Part shown: one piece after another, positions 17,367 to 25,765 of the stretch | Numbering within the stretch: the first letter of the stretch is position 1 | Layout: each line of letters begins with the position of its first letter | NCBI RefSeq assembly: GCF_000981785.2 | Contig: NZ_CP011304.1 | Coordinates: 270,001 to 302,000 of the forward strand | Reading direction: 5' to 3' | Source of the DNA: Microcystis aeruginosa NIES-2549 | GTDB taxonomy: Bacteria; Cyanobacteriota; Cyanobacteriia; Cyanobacteriales; Microcystaceae | DNA length: 32,000 nucleotides | Position numbers and translations under genes: made by a program | Notes under the pieces: generated by a model | The model's database searches: none | Told to the model about the DNA's origin: nothing | The model's input: the letters and a program-made list of their open reading frames with translations, nothing else

Positions 17367-17831
17367 TCAGAGAAAAATCCAATCGGCAAAAGTGGCAGCC
17401 TGTCCGCAGTAAATGCCGTCACGATCGATGATATTCCAAACGATCGCTTTTTCAATGCGAAATAGTTGACCGTTTTTCGTGATCCTTACCCCGTGATAAT
17501 CGTTGATATAGCCCTTTTTTTTGACTAAATCCAGCATTTTTTGGCGTTCTTGGGCGGGTTCCTCTCCCTGTACCGTTGCTCGCGAAGGAGTTGTTAATAA
17601 TTCTGGCCAAGTTAAACCCCAGAGATCGAGGGCGCTGCGATTACCATAGTTAAAGATCGGATTAGTTTGTGTACCGTGGGAAACTAGGACAAAAGGGGCA
17701 TAAAAGAGCATTTTACTCTGTTCTTTGCCAGTACCGATCCGGGGCAAAAGCGATCGCCCGATTAACTGTTCATAACTATCCAGCAGCAATTCTGTCCAAG
17801 CTATAATAGCTAAATCTTGCCAAATTTCCAT
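17367..17831 (-). CDS. MEKHLA domain protein (PAS-like)
   Basis: 154-aa ORF. APFVLVSHGTQTNPIFNYGNRSALDLWGLTWPELLTTPSR...GYINDYHGVRITKNGQLFRIEKAIVWN fits the MEKHLA pattern as I recall it. Confidence 0.7.
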   Translation of the reverse strand: MEIWQDLAIIAWTELLLDSYEQLIGRSLLPRIGTGKEQSKMLFYAPFVLVSHGTQTNPIFNYGNRSALDLWGLTWPELLTTPSRATVQGEEPAQERQKMLDLVKKKGYINDYHGVRITKNGQLFRIEKAIVWNIIDRDGIYCGQAATFADWIFL

Positions 17832-17853
17832 AAAATTATCTTGAAAAACTGGT

Positions 17854-19035
17854 TTAATCTTCCCTTTGCCAATATTTATAGGCAGCGTAGGCTAAAGTAA
17901 TCACTCCCGTCAGAATTGCCGACTCATCCACTAAAAATTCCGGATGGTGAAGGGGGGGATTGAGGAGGTTAGGAGAACCCACTCCCAGACGGAACATTGT
18001 CCCCGGGGCCTGTTGCAAATAAAGGGAAAAATCCTCGGCCCCCATGGAGGGTTCCGAGAGAATTAAAACCCGATCCCGTCCCCAAGCTTCTAAACCAGCT
18101 TCTTCCACCAAACGAGTTAAAAATTGGTCATTTTGTACCGATGGCACGCCCCGACGATATTTTACTTGACATTTAGCGTTATATGTGCTACAGACATTCG
18201 TGACCAAACTCTCGATCCATTCCGGGAGATGGGCGTGGGTTTCTGGGTGCAGCGATCGCACGGTTCCCGCCATGCGTACCTGATCGGCGATGACGTTGGG
18301 GGCGCGACCACCGCTAATCTGCCCGATGGTGAGGACAATGGGACGCAAAGGGTTTTGAGTCCGACTAATTGCCTGTTGCAAAGTGGTGATTACTTGGGAG
18401 GCGATCCAGATAGCATCGATGGCCTCGTGGGGCCGGGCCCCGTGGCCGGATTCCCCTTGGATAAAAATCTCCAGATCGTCGGCAGCCGCGGTTAAGGCCC
18501 CGTAACGAACTCCGATCGATCGGGCCGGAATCGAGGGGAAAACGTGCAGCCCGAAAACGGCGCTGACATCCCGCATCACCCCCTCCCGGATCATCCAACT
18601 GGCCCCCTGGGCGATTTCCTCTGCTGGTTGAAAGAGAAAGCGTATTTTTCCCCCCAAAGGTTCCGAAAGACGGGAAAGCACCATCGCCACCCCTAAACCG
18701 ACGGTAGCATGAACATCGTGACCGCAGGCGTGCATAATCCCCGGTTTGCGGGAAGCAAAGTCTAAATCGGTTCTTTCTTGGATTGGTAGGGCATCCATAT
18801 CGGCCCGGATGGCTAAAATCCTTCGATCACTGCCTTTTCCCGCCAATTCTCCCTTAACGCCGGTTTTTCCCACCGCTTCCTGCACCGATAGACCACAGGA
18901 AGACAAAACCCCGGCAATATAGGCGGCAGTTTGATATTCTTGCCCGCTTAACTCTGGATTCGCGTGAATGTGGCGGCGAATCTCCACTAATCGGGGCGCG
19001 AGACTCTCGGCTATGTTTTTAATCTCGGAGAGCAT
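17854..19035 (-). CDS. M20 family amidohydrolase (N-acyl-amino-acid amidohydrolase/hippuricase type)
   Basis: 393-aa ORF with IRRHIHANPELSGQEYQTA, IRADMDALP, MHACGHDVH and FQPAEE motifs. Confidence 0.88.
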   Translation of the reverse strand: MLSEIKNIAESLAPRLVEIRRHIHANPELSGQEYQTAAYIAGVLSSCGLSVQEAVGKTGVKGELAGKGSDRRILAIRADMDALPIQERTDLDFASRKPGIMHACGHDVHATVGLGVAMVLSRLSEPLGGKIRFLFQPAEEIAQGASWMIREGVMRDVSAVFGLHVFPSIPARSIGVRYGALTAAADDLEIFIQGESGHGARPHEAIDAIWIASQVITTLQQAISRTQNPLRPIVLTIGQISGGRAPNVIADQVRMAGTVRSLHPETHAHLPEWIESLVTNVCSTYNAKCQVKYRRGVPSVQNDQFLTRLVEEAGLEAWGRDRVLILSEPSMGAEDFSLYLQQAPGTMFRLGVGSPNLLNPPLHHPEFLVDESAILTGVITLAYAAYKYWQRED

Positions 19036-19262
19036 GAAACCAGTTTTACAGTATCTTTAGAGTTAATCATAGATCATTTTTTACCTGAAAATTGGGTTTG
19101 GCTGATTTTCAGTCTGCATTGTCTTCTCGGCATTCTTTCAACCCTGGACTAAGCTAATTTGTCAAGAGGATGCAGGAGTTACTATTCATCTCTTGACTCG
19201 GCAACGCCTCTTAAGAGAATATTCCAGCTATGATAGGAAACATTGTCTAGTTAGGAAAAAAC

Positions 19263-19658
19263 ATGGTTCAGTCTTCCGAAAAAATTGAGGTTAAGTACGG
19301 GGAAAGAGAAATTGCCGAAGGAACATTAATTACTTTTCCCAATCCACGCCCAGGCAGAAATTACGATATTCAGATCACTCTGCCGGAATATACCTGTAAG
19401 TGTCCCTTTTCCGGTTATCCCGATTTTGCCACTATTTATCTTAGCTACGTTCCCGATCAAAAGGTGATGGAATTAAAGGCGATTAAACTTTATATTAATA
19501 GTTATCGTGATCGTTATATTTCCCACGAAGAAGCAATTAACCAAATTTTAGATGATTTGGTGGCCGCTTGCGAACCCTTGCAGATGAAAGTTAAGGGGGA
19601 TTTTCATCCCAGAGGTAACGTACATACCGTGGTGGAGGTGATGTATAAAAAAGAATAG
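19263..19658 (+). CDS. queF: NADPH-dependent 7-cyano-7-deazaguanine (preQ0) reductase, short type
   Basis: 131-aa ORF with EYTCKCPFSGYPDFATI (catalytic Cys motif), ELKAIKLYINSYRD and HEE. Confidence 0.92.
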   Translation: MVQSSEKIEVKYGEREIAEGTLITFPNPRPGRNYDIQITLPEYTCKCPFSGYPDFATIYLSYVPDQKVMELKAIKLYINSYRDRYISHEEAINQILDDLVAACEPLQMKVKGDFHPRGNVHTVVEVMYKKE

Positions 19659-19790
19659 CATAATTGTCTAGTTTGGGGATGGGTTAGCCCCCATCTCTAG
19701 CTGTTCTAGTTTTTGTTGTTCAAGTTTTTTGCTATCGTCGTCTTCAATACTCATTTTGAACTTGTCCTCTATACTTAATTTGACTTAGAG

Positions 19791-20129
19791 TTAATTCCTA
19801 AAGATTTCTAAAAATTGAGATACAGTAAAGACTTGAGTAACACCTAAGTTCGGTAGATACTGAAAATCCTGATCACCTGTAATCAAATAATCAGCACCAG
19901 AGGATATGGCACAAGCTAAAAATTTAGCGTCTTTTCTATCCCTAGGTAAGTCAATCTAACGATTGACATCAGCAGCAGTTGTAAAGAGTGTAAACATCCT
20001 CAAACATTTTGGTTTTTTCTGATCAGGAACTTTCAATTTTTTGCGGTTAAGCACATCTTTATATTCTGTTAGGATTTCAGAAGAAACTATCCATTGATAA
20101 TCGCTCTTACTGGTAACTAGGCGGCTCTC
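19791..20129 (-). pseudogene. PIN-family toxin remnant, N-terminally truncated with an internal TAG
   Basis: The minus-strand frame reads ...IVSSEILTEYKDVLNRKKL...AADVNR-stop(19956-19958)-IDLPRDRKDAKFLACAISSGADYLITGDQDFQYL...QFLEIFRN-stop. This matches the C-terminal two-thirds of PIN toxins (SxEIxxEYxxVL ... D.KFL..A..g.ADyLiTGD). There is an in-frame TAA at 20130-20132 and no start codon. Confidence 0.65.
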
Positions 20130-20281
20130 TTATTCTTTGTGTGATCAGTTTAACTTATATAGTAGCGGTCAATCTTTGTGTCCTTTGTCTCTTTGTGGTT
20201 CCTGACCCAGAGGGCCGATAAGCCAGCGCAAGAGGGCAAAATCTTGATAAACTGAGGGGATAACTATCCTGGACTATTCCC

Positions 20282-20458
20282 ATGACCACTCACTTTATTA
20301 GTGCCGAAATCGACCTACAGGAAACCCCGCAACAACTGGAGCAAGAAATCGAAAAAGAATTAGCCAAACGCGGTGAACCCTTGCGCTGGGCAATCACAGA
20401 AGTGGATACCGAGAATAATCAAGTCAAAGTCGAAGCGATTGTCACCACTGCCTCGTGA
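20282..20458 (+). CDS. Small hypothetical protein (58 aa), absent from the ORF track
   Basis: ATG at 20282 gives MTTHFISAEIDLQETPQQLEQEIEKELAKRGEPLRWAITEVDTENNQVKVEAIVTTAS. Its TGA overlaps the GTG start of the next gene (GTGA, 20455-20458). Confidence 0.45.
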   Translation: MTTHFISAEIDLQETPQQLEQEIEKELAKRGEPLRWAITEVDTENNQVKVEAIVTTAS

Positions 20459-21513
20459 ATTCCCGTCCCTATACCGCCGTACTAATTATTCCCACCGGCA
20501 TCGGGGCAGCGATTGGCGGTTATGCTGGGGATGGCCTTCCCGTGGCCAGAGCGATCGCTCAAGTTTGCGATCGCCTAATTACCCATCCCAATGTCCTCAA
20601 CGGCGCACAACTGTACTGGCCCCTGGCCAACACCCATTATGTGGAGGGTTACGCTTTAGATCGTTTTGCCCGGGGGGATTGGGGATTAAGTCCCGTCCAT
20701 CAAAATCGCATCGGGTTACTATTCGATCGCGCCATTGAATTTGACCTCTTGCAAAGACACCTTCAGGCTGCCGATGCTGTCCGGGCTACCCTAGGCTTAG
20801 ATCTGACCGATTACCTTGTCACCGATGCCCCCTTAAATGTGCAGTTGCGAGAGGCAGCCTCCGGGGCCAGTTGGGGAACAATTGGCAATCCCGACAGCTT
20901 GCTGCGGGGGGCAGAAAAACTGATTAAGCAAGGCCGAGCGGAAGCGATCGCCATTGTTGCCCGTTTTCCCGACGATCCCGATAGCATTGCCCTGGCTAAT
21001 TATCGCCATGGTCAGGGGGTGGATCCCCTTGCCGGGGCCGAAGCGGTGATTTCCCATCTGGTGGTGCGACAATTCCAAATACCGGCGGCCCACGCTCCCG
21101 CTTTAAGTCCGCTGCCCCTCGATCCGCAACTTTCCCCCAAGGCCGCGGCCGAAGAAATCGGTTATACTTTTTTACCCTGCGTTTTGGTGGGTTTGAGTCG
21201 CGCCCCCCAATTGGTCAAGCGGCCCGGTCCCGATGCTATTTGGGGCCGGGAGGTGGACGCGCTGATCGTTCCCGCCAGTGCCTGTGGCTGTAGCACAGTT
21301 TTAAGTTTTTGTCAAGAAAAAACCGTACTGATTGCCGTACAGGAAAATAGTACAAGAATGAAGGTAGCCCCGGAACCCCTAGGGGTGAAAGCAATTAGGG
21401 TACACTCGTATATGGAGGCGATCGGTGCGATCGTTTGTCAACGGGCAGGGGTTAGCCTCGCATCTCTTCGCCCTAATTTAAACTCTTTACGCTGTTTATC
21501 CGAGAATCCGTGA
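20455..21513 (+). CDS. Conserved hypothetical protein, DUF3326-like
   Basis: 352-aa ORF with a GTG start. The N-terminal AVLIIPTGIGAAIGGYAGDGLPVAR is the signature I associate with DUF3326 (cyanobacteria and plastid-bearing eukaryotes). Confidence 0.65.
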   Translation: MNSRPYTAVLIIPTGIGAAIGGYAGDGLPVARAIAQVCDRLITHPNVLNGAQLYWPLANTHYVEGYALDRFARGDWGLSPVHQNRIGLLFDRAIEFDLLQRHLQAADAVRATLGLDLTDYLVTDAPLNVQLREAASGASWGTIGNPDSLLRGAEKLIKQGRAEAIAIVARFPDDPDSIALANYRHGQGVDPLAGAEAVISHLVVRQFQIPAAHAPALSPLPLDPQLSPKAAAEEIGYTFLPCVLVGLSRAPQLVKRPGPDAIWGREVDALIVPASACGCSTVLSFCQEKTVLIAVQENSTRMKVAPEPLGVKAIRVHSYMEAIGAIVCQRAGVSLASLRPNLNSLRCLSENP

Positions 21514-22091
21514 CTAATTCCCCTAATCCCGAATTTGATCCCCTGACACGCACACAAGTCCTCACCATTATGGCGGTAACGGCGATTGTCCTGCTGGTAG
21601 TCGCCAAAGTTTGGCAATATTTCGGTGCGATCGCTATTCCTGCCATTCGCTGGACTCTCCCAGATTTCCTGTTCGGATTAGCCTTAGCGGGGGCAATTAG
21701 TGGAATTAGTGGGCTTCTCTATCGTTTTTGGTCTAGTTATCGCCATAGTGCTAACGCTTACTTAGAATTAGTCATTAAACCTTTAGCATGGCCCGATTTA
21801 ATTTGGATTGGATTACTGCCGGGGTTAAGTGAAGAATTATTATTTCGCGGGGTGATTTTGCCAGCTTTGGGCTTAAATATCTTTGGTTTAACCGTTTCTA
21901 GTCTAATTTTTGGGATCCTGCATTTTAGCGGTTCCCAACAATGGCCCTATGTTATCTGGGCAACTGTTGTCGGTTTTGCCCTCGGTTATACCGTCATCAT
22001 CACCGGTAATTTATTAATCCCGATCCTCGCTCATATTATCACCAATCTCCTCGCTAGTTTTCTCTGGAAATTACAGCATAGTAATCAGTAA
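21510..22091 (+). CDS. CPBP family intramembrane glutamic endopeptidase (CAAX protease/Abi type)
   Basis: 193-aa ORF with multiple TM segments. It carries the SEELLFRG motif, FGILHF and HIITNLL. The GTG start overlaps the upstream stop (GTGA at 21510-21513). Confidence 0.85.
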   Translation: MTNSPNPEFDPLTRTQVLTIMAVTAIVLLVVAKVWQYFGAIAIPAIRWTLPDFLFGLALAGAISGISGLLYRFWSSYRHSANAYLELVIKPLAWPDLIWIGLLPGLSEELLFRGVILPALGLNIFGLTVSSLIFGILHFSGSQQWPYVIWATVVGFALGYTVIITGNLLIPILAHIITNLLASFLWKLQHSNQ

Positions 22092-22175
22092 TCAGTAATC
22101 AGTTATCAGTAATCAGTTATCAGTGGGGAAGTTATCAGTGGGGAAGTTATCAGTAATCAGTTATCAGTTATCAGT
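22080..22175. repeat. Heptamer tandem array AGTAATC/AGTTATC with two AGTGGGGA units
   Basis: About 13 consecutive units read directly. The array starts inside the last codons of the CPBP gene. Confidence 0.9.
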
Positions 22176-22201
22176 GACTACTCCTGTCTCCTATAAAAAA
22201 A

Positions 22202-22645
22202 ATGGAAGTGCAATTTCGCGAATTTAATCCTTTTGATGTCTGGTTTTGGCTGGAATTTTCGACGGTTCCCTCGAATATAGAACAGCAATATGTAGAAGAA
22301 GTTTTTGCCTCTTGGTTTTATTTGGGTAAATTAGGGGCTTTCAATGCCGAAAACCTACAGGTACAAGAGGTAGGAGTCGATATTAGTTATATGGAATACG
22401 ATCCAGATATGGCCGAAAATGCCTTTATGTCACCGATGCACAATATGACCGATTTTGAATACTTAGGTACTTGGGGACGTTGTTGGTTTGACCTTGGTAC
22501 TAGCGATCTTATTGCTTTAGATATTTTAATCAATGCCTTGACCCAATTAAGTAAGGATTTTGTCGATATTAAACGTTTAATTATCGGTGGAGAAAATCAA
22601 GATTGGCCAATTAGCGATCGCAGCAATTATCTCTTTAGCGAATAA
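22202..22645 (+). CDS. Conserved hypothetical protein, possibly DUF3531-type
   Basis: 147-aa ORF. FDVWFWLEF...EEVFASWFYLGKLGAFNAENLQ resembles a cyanobacterial/plant family. The assignment is from memory. Confidence 0.6.
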   Translation: MEVQFREFNPFDVWFWLEFSTVPSNIEQQYVEEVFASWFYLGKLGAFNAENLQVQEVGVDISYMEYDPDMAENAFMSPMHNMTDFEYLGTWGRCWFDLGTSDLIALDILINALTQLSKDFVDIKRLIIGGENQDWPISDRSNYLFSE

Positions 22646-22677
22646 TTAGGGTTTACTGAAAAAGTTTCTTGGTGGAG
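22644..22677 (+). repeat. Dispersed ~35-bp repeat, family 2, direct copy
   Basis: aattagggtttactgaaaaagtttcttggtggag overlaps the stop codon at 22643-22645. Its partner is at 11961-11995 on the other strand. Confidence 0.8.
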
Positions 22678-22721
22678 TCCGTATTCTCCGAGTCAGGAGT
22701 TTATTTTTATTTATTTATTCT

Positions 22722-22777
22722 CCCCACACCCCACACCCTACACCCCACACCCCACTTCCCCACACCCCACACCCCAC
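22722..22777. repeat. C-rich heptamer array (CCCCACA variants)
   Basis: ccccacaccccacaccctacaccccacaccccacttccccacaccccacaccccac ends 12 nt upstream of the ATG at 22790. Confidence 0.9.
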
Positions 22778-22789
22778 TTAAAAACATCT

Positions 22790-25144
22790 ATGCTTAATCT
22801 CGTCTCCCTTCCAGAAATTCCCGCCGCTGCTTGGAAACGTCCTCTGGGCAAAGGTTGGGAAAAACCCTACAGCGTCCGTTACGCCAGCAATTTAGATGAT
22901 GGTCCTTGGCATGGGATGCCTCTGGGGGGATTTGGGGCCGGTTGCATCGGACGTTCCCCCAAAGGTGACTTTAACCTCTGGCATCTGGACGGCGGTGAAC
23001 ACAGTTTTAATAGCCTTGCCGCCTGTCAATTTAGCATTTTTGAACAAACAGAAGACGGAAGCGCCCAAGCCTACGCTATGGCGACGGAAAGCCCCACGGA
23101 TGGAACATTATCGCGCTGGTCGTGGTATCCAGCCGAAAAGGGAACATATTCTGCCCTTTATCCCCGCAGTTGGTACGAGTACAAAAATGTTTTTCAGACT
23201 CAATTAATTTGTGAACAATTCTCACCGGTTTGGGCGCATAATTACCAAGAAAGTAGTTATCCTATAGCCCTATTTGAATGGACGGCTCATAATCCCACCG
23301 ATAAACCGATTACTATTAGTATTATGCTGACTTGGCAAAATACAATCGGTTGGTTTACTAACGCGATTAAATCCCCAGTGGTTAAGGTGAGAGATGATGG
23401 TAGTCCCGTCTATGAATATCAATCAAAATGGGGGGAAAGTGAGGGTAATTATAATCAATGGATTGTCGATAATTTCCGCGTTGGCTGTCTAATGCGTCGA
23501 GATTACGAAAACCCCGGGGAAGGGGATGGACAGATGGCGATTGCCAGTATCACTAATCCGAGTCTAGAGGTATTTTATCTGGGTAAATGGAACCCTGCGG
23601 GCGATGGGGGCGAAGTTTGGGACTATTTCGCCATGAATGGCTCTTTACCAGATATTGAGGACGAAACCCCCGCCCAAAAAGGGGAACAAACGGCCACGGC
23701 CATGGCGATTCGTTTTACCATTCGTCCGGGGAAAACTCGCAAAATTCCTTTTATTTTAGCTTGGGATTTACCCGTCACGGAATTTGCCCAAGGAATTAAC
23801 TATTATCGTCGTTATACGGACTTTTTCGGTCGCAATGGTCAAAATGCTTGGGCGATGGTACGCACGGCTTTAAAACACGGCGACACATGGCGAGAAAATA
23901 TTATTAACTGGCAAAAACCGATCCTAGAACGCAGCGATCTGGCCGATTGGTTTAAAATGGCTTTATTTAACGAATTATACCTCCTAACTGACGGCGGTAC
24001 TCTCTGGACGGCCGCCACGGAACGGGATGCCATCGGTCAATTTGGGGTCTTAGAATGTATTGATTATCGTTGGTATGAAAGTCTTGATGTGCGTCTCTAT
24101 GGTTCCTTTGGGTTATTGATGTTATGGCCGCGCTTAGAAAAGGCCGTGATGGAAGCTTTTGCGAGGGCAATTCCCAGCAGTGACGACACTCCTCGGATTA
24201 TTGGATATAACCAAGCTAGTGCCATTCGTAAGGCTAAAAATGCCACTCCCCACGATTTAGGCGCACCCAATGAACACCCTTGGCAAAAGAGCAATTACAC
24301 CAGTTATCAAGATTGTAATCTCTGGAAAGACTTAGGCAGTGATTTTGTTTTATTAGTCTATCGGGATTATTTATTAACGGGGGCTAAAGATGAGGATTTT
24401 CTGCGGGAATGTTGGCCGTCAATTGTCCTGACTTTGCAATATTTAAAAACTTTTGACCTTGATAAGGATGGGATTCCCGAAAATTCCGGCGCACCAGACC
24501 AAACCTTTGATGATTGGCGTTTACAGGGAATTAGTGCCTATTGTGGTGGGTTGTGGATAGCGGCACTAGAAGCAACGATTAAAATTGGGGCAATTCTTGG
24601 GGAAGATACGGCAATTTTTGCCGGTTGGTTACAGCAATCTCGCGCTATTTATCATCAGACTCTCTGGAATGGAGAATATTATAATTTAGATAGTGGCAGT
24701 GGTTCCGATGTGGTGATGACTGATCAATTATGCGGTCAATTTTATGCCCGTTTATTGGCTTTACCGGATGTGGTAGAAAATCAATACACGCAATCAGCTT
24801 TAAGTAAGATTTATGAGGCTTGTTTTCTCAAGTTTCATGGGGGAAAATTTGGGGCGGCAAATGGTTTAAAACCCGATGGTACTCCCGAAAATCCCGAGGC
24901 AACTCATCCCTTGGAAGTTTGGGTAGGAATTAATTTTGGGTTGGTGGCTTTTTTACTACAAATGGGAATGGAAAAGCAAGGATGGCAAATTACAGAAGCG
25001 GTGGTGAAACAAGTCTATGAAAATGGCTTACAATTTCGCACCCCAGAAGCAATAACATCGGTGGGAACTTTTCGCGCCTGTCATTATTTACGCGCCATGG
25101 CTATCTGGGCTATCTATGGGGTTTTGACGGAATTTCAGGGATAA
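22790..25144 (+). CDS. GH116 family beta-glucosidase (GBA2-type non-lysosomal glucosylceramidase / bile acid beta-glucosidase homologue)
   Basis: 784-aa ORF. The N-terminal GMPLGGFGAGCIGRSPKGDFNLWHL is typical of GBA2-type enzymes. The C-terminal part looks like an (alpha/alpha)6 catalytic region (DDWRLQGISAYCGGLW, VMTDQLCGQFY, EVWVGINFG). Confidence 0.88.
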   Translation: MLNLVSLPEIPAAAWKRPLGKGWEKPYSVRYASNLDDGPWHGMPLGGFGAGCIGRSPKGDFNLWHLDGGEHSFNSLAACQFSIFEQTEDGSAQAYAMATESPTDGTLSRWSWYPAEKGTYSALYPRSWYEYKNVFQTQLICEQFSPVWAHNYQESSYPIALFEWTAHNPTDKPITISIMLTWQNTIGWFTNAIKSPVVKVRDDGSPVYEYQSKWGESEGNYNQWIVDNFRVGCLMRRDYENPGEGDGQMAIASITNPSLEVFYLGKWNPAGDGGEVWDYFAMNGSLPDIEDETPAQKGEQTATAMAIRFTIRPGKTRKIPFILAWDLPVTEFAQGINYYRRYTDFFGRNGQNAWAMVRTALKHGDTWRENIINWQKPILERSDLADWFKMALFNELYLLTDGGTLWTAATERDAIGQFGVLECIDYRWYESLDVRLYGSFGLLMLWPRLEKAVMEAFARAIPSSDDTPRIIGYNQASAIRKAKNATPHDLGAPNEHPWQKSNYTSYQDCNLWKDLGSDFVLLVYRDYLLTGAKDEDFLRECWPSIVLTLQYLKTFDLDKDGIPENSGAPDQTFDDWRLQGISAYCGGLWIAALEATIKIGAILGEDTAIFAGWLQQSRAIYHQTLWNGEYYNLDSGSGSDVVMTDQLCGQFYARLLALPDVVENQYTQSALSKIYEACFLKFHGGKFGAANGLKPDGTPENPEATHPLEVWVGINFGLVAFLLQMGMEKQGWQITEAVVKQVYENGLQFRTPEAITSVGTFRACHYLRAMAIWAIYGVLTEFQG

Positions 25145-25305
25145 ATTTTCTTGGAGATATCCCCCTTTTCTCAACTTCAATTTCCCTCCTTGAATATTGG
25201 CTAAAAAATGTGGGTGGTGTCTTTTCTTCGATCAGATTTGCTCATCACCACAACCTTAAAAGAGTCGAGTAATTTAGATAGTCAAGAGCTTAAGTAGGTA
25301 GGCGT

Positions 25306-25728
25306 TCAAAATAAACTTGAGTCAACGTGAAAAAACTGTCCTAACTTTATAGCTTGTTTTTCTGTTATTATTTGTTGGCCAATAAGAATATCAGAAACTA
25401 TTGTTTTTGAACCTAGTATATCTGATAAATCTTTTTCTTGTAAGTTGTTAGCTTCCATGAATTCCCAGAGTATTGAATGGGGTTCTGATTCTTCAAGGGG
25501 ATAATGATCTTGTTCGTACTTTTCGATTAAAGTCAAGAGTAAATTTAACAAGGTGGTTTCTTCTAGACTGCGATTTTCTCGATGAGATAAGGCCTCAGCT
25601 AGGTTAATAGCCTGTTCGTTTTCTGCCTCGTTTTCTATCACTTTTGGTAGATACTCGGCTAGTAACCTTCCGTAGGTATCACGGTTTAAAGTAAGGGTCA
25701 TTTTTCCACTCATATTTCTGTTACCCAA
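25306..25728 (-). CDS. HigA-like HTH antitoxin/transcriptional regulator (two-domain, COG5499-like)
   Basis: 140-aa ORF. The C-terminal LWEFMEANNLQEKDLSDILGSKTIVSDILIGQQIITEKQAIKLGQFFHV is an XRE/HigA-type HTH. The true start may be the ATG at 25701 (MTLTLNRD...). Confidence 0.65.
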   Translation of the reverse strand: MGNRNMSGKMTLTLNRDTYGRLLAEYLPKVIENEAENEQAINLAEALSHRENRSLEETTLLNLLLTLIEKYEQDHYPLEESEPHSILWEFMEANNLQEKDLSDILGSKTIVSDILIGQQIITEKQAIKLGQFFHVDSSLF

Positions 25729-25765
25729 AACGAAAAGATAACTGCTGTATTCAAATTTTTACAGT

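Noticed and set aside
17114-17465. Three ORFs (17114-17455, 17150-17365, 17253-17465) with PHT- or GVW-rich repeats.
   Set aside because: They are translation artefacts of the heptamer array and of the flanking pyrF and MEKHLA gene ends.
19036-19262. Possible preQ1 riboswitch upstream of queF.
   Set aside because: I could not find the conserved P1 hairpin plus A-rich tail/pseudoknot pattern. There is only an unrelated 8-bp inverted repeat (ctgaaaat/attttcag at about 19084-19111).
20150-20215. ctttgtg-type short repeats whose minus-strand translation reads ...HKETKDTKI..., reminiscent of the Lys/Asp/Thr-rich N-termini seen in some GxxExxY-family genes.
   Set aside because: The frame is closed after a few codons and has no GxxExxY motif. 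It is too short to call.
20373-21093. ORFs 20373-20738 (plus strand) and 20833-21093 (minus strand).
   Set aside because: They are alternative-frame or antisense to the DUF3326-like gene, whose own frame carries the conserved motifs.
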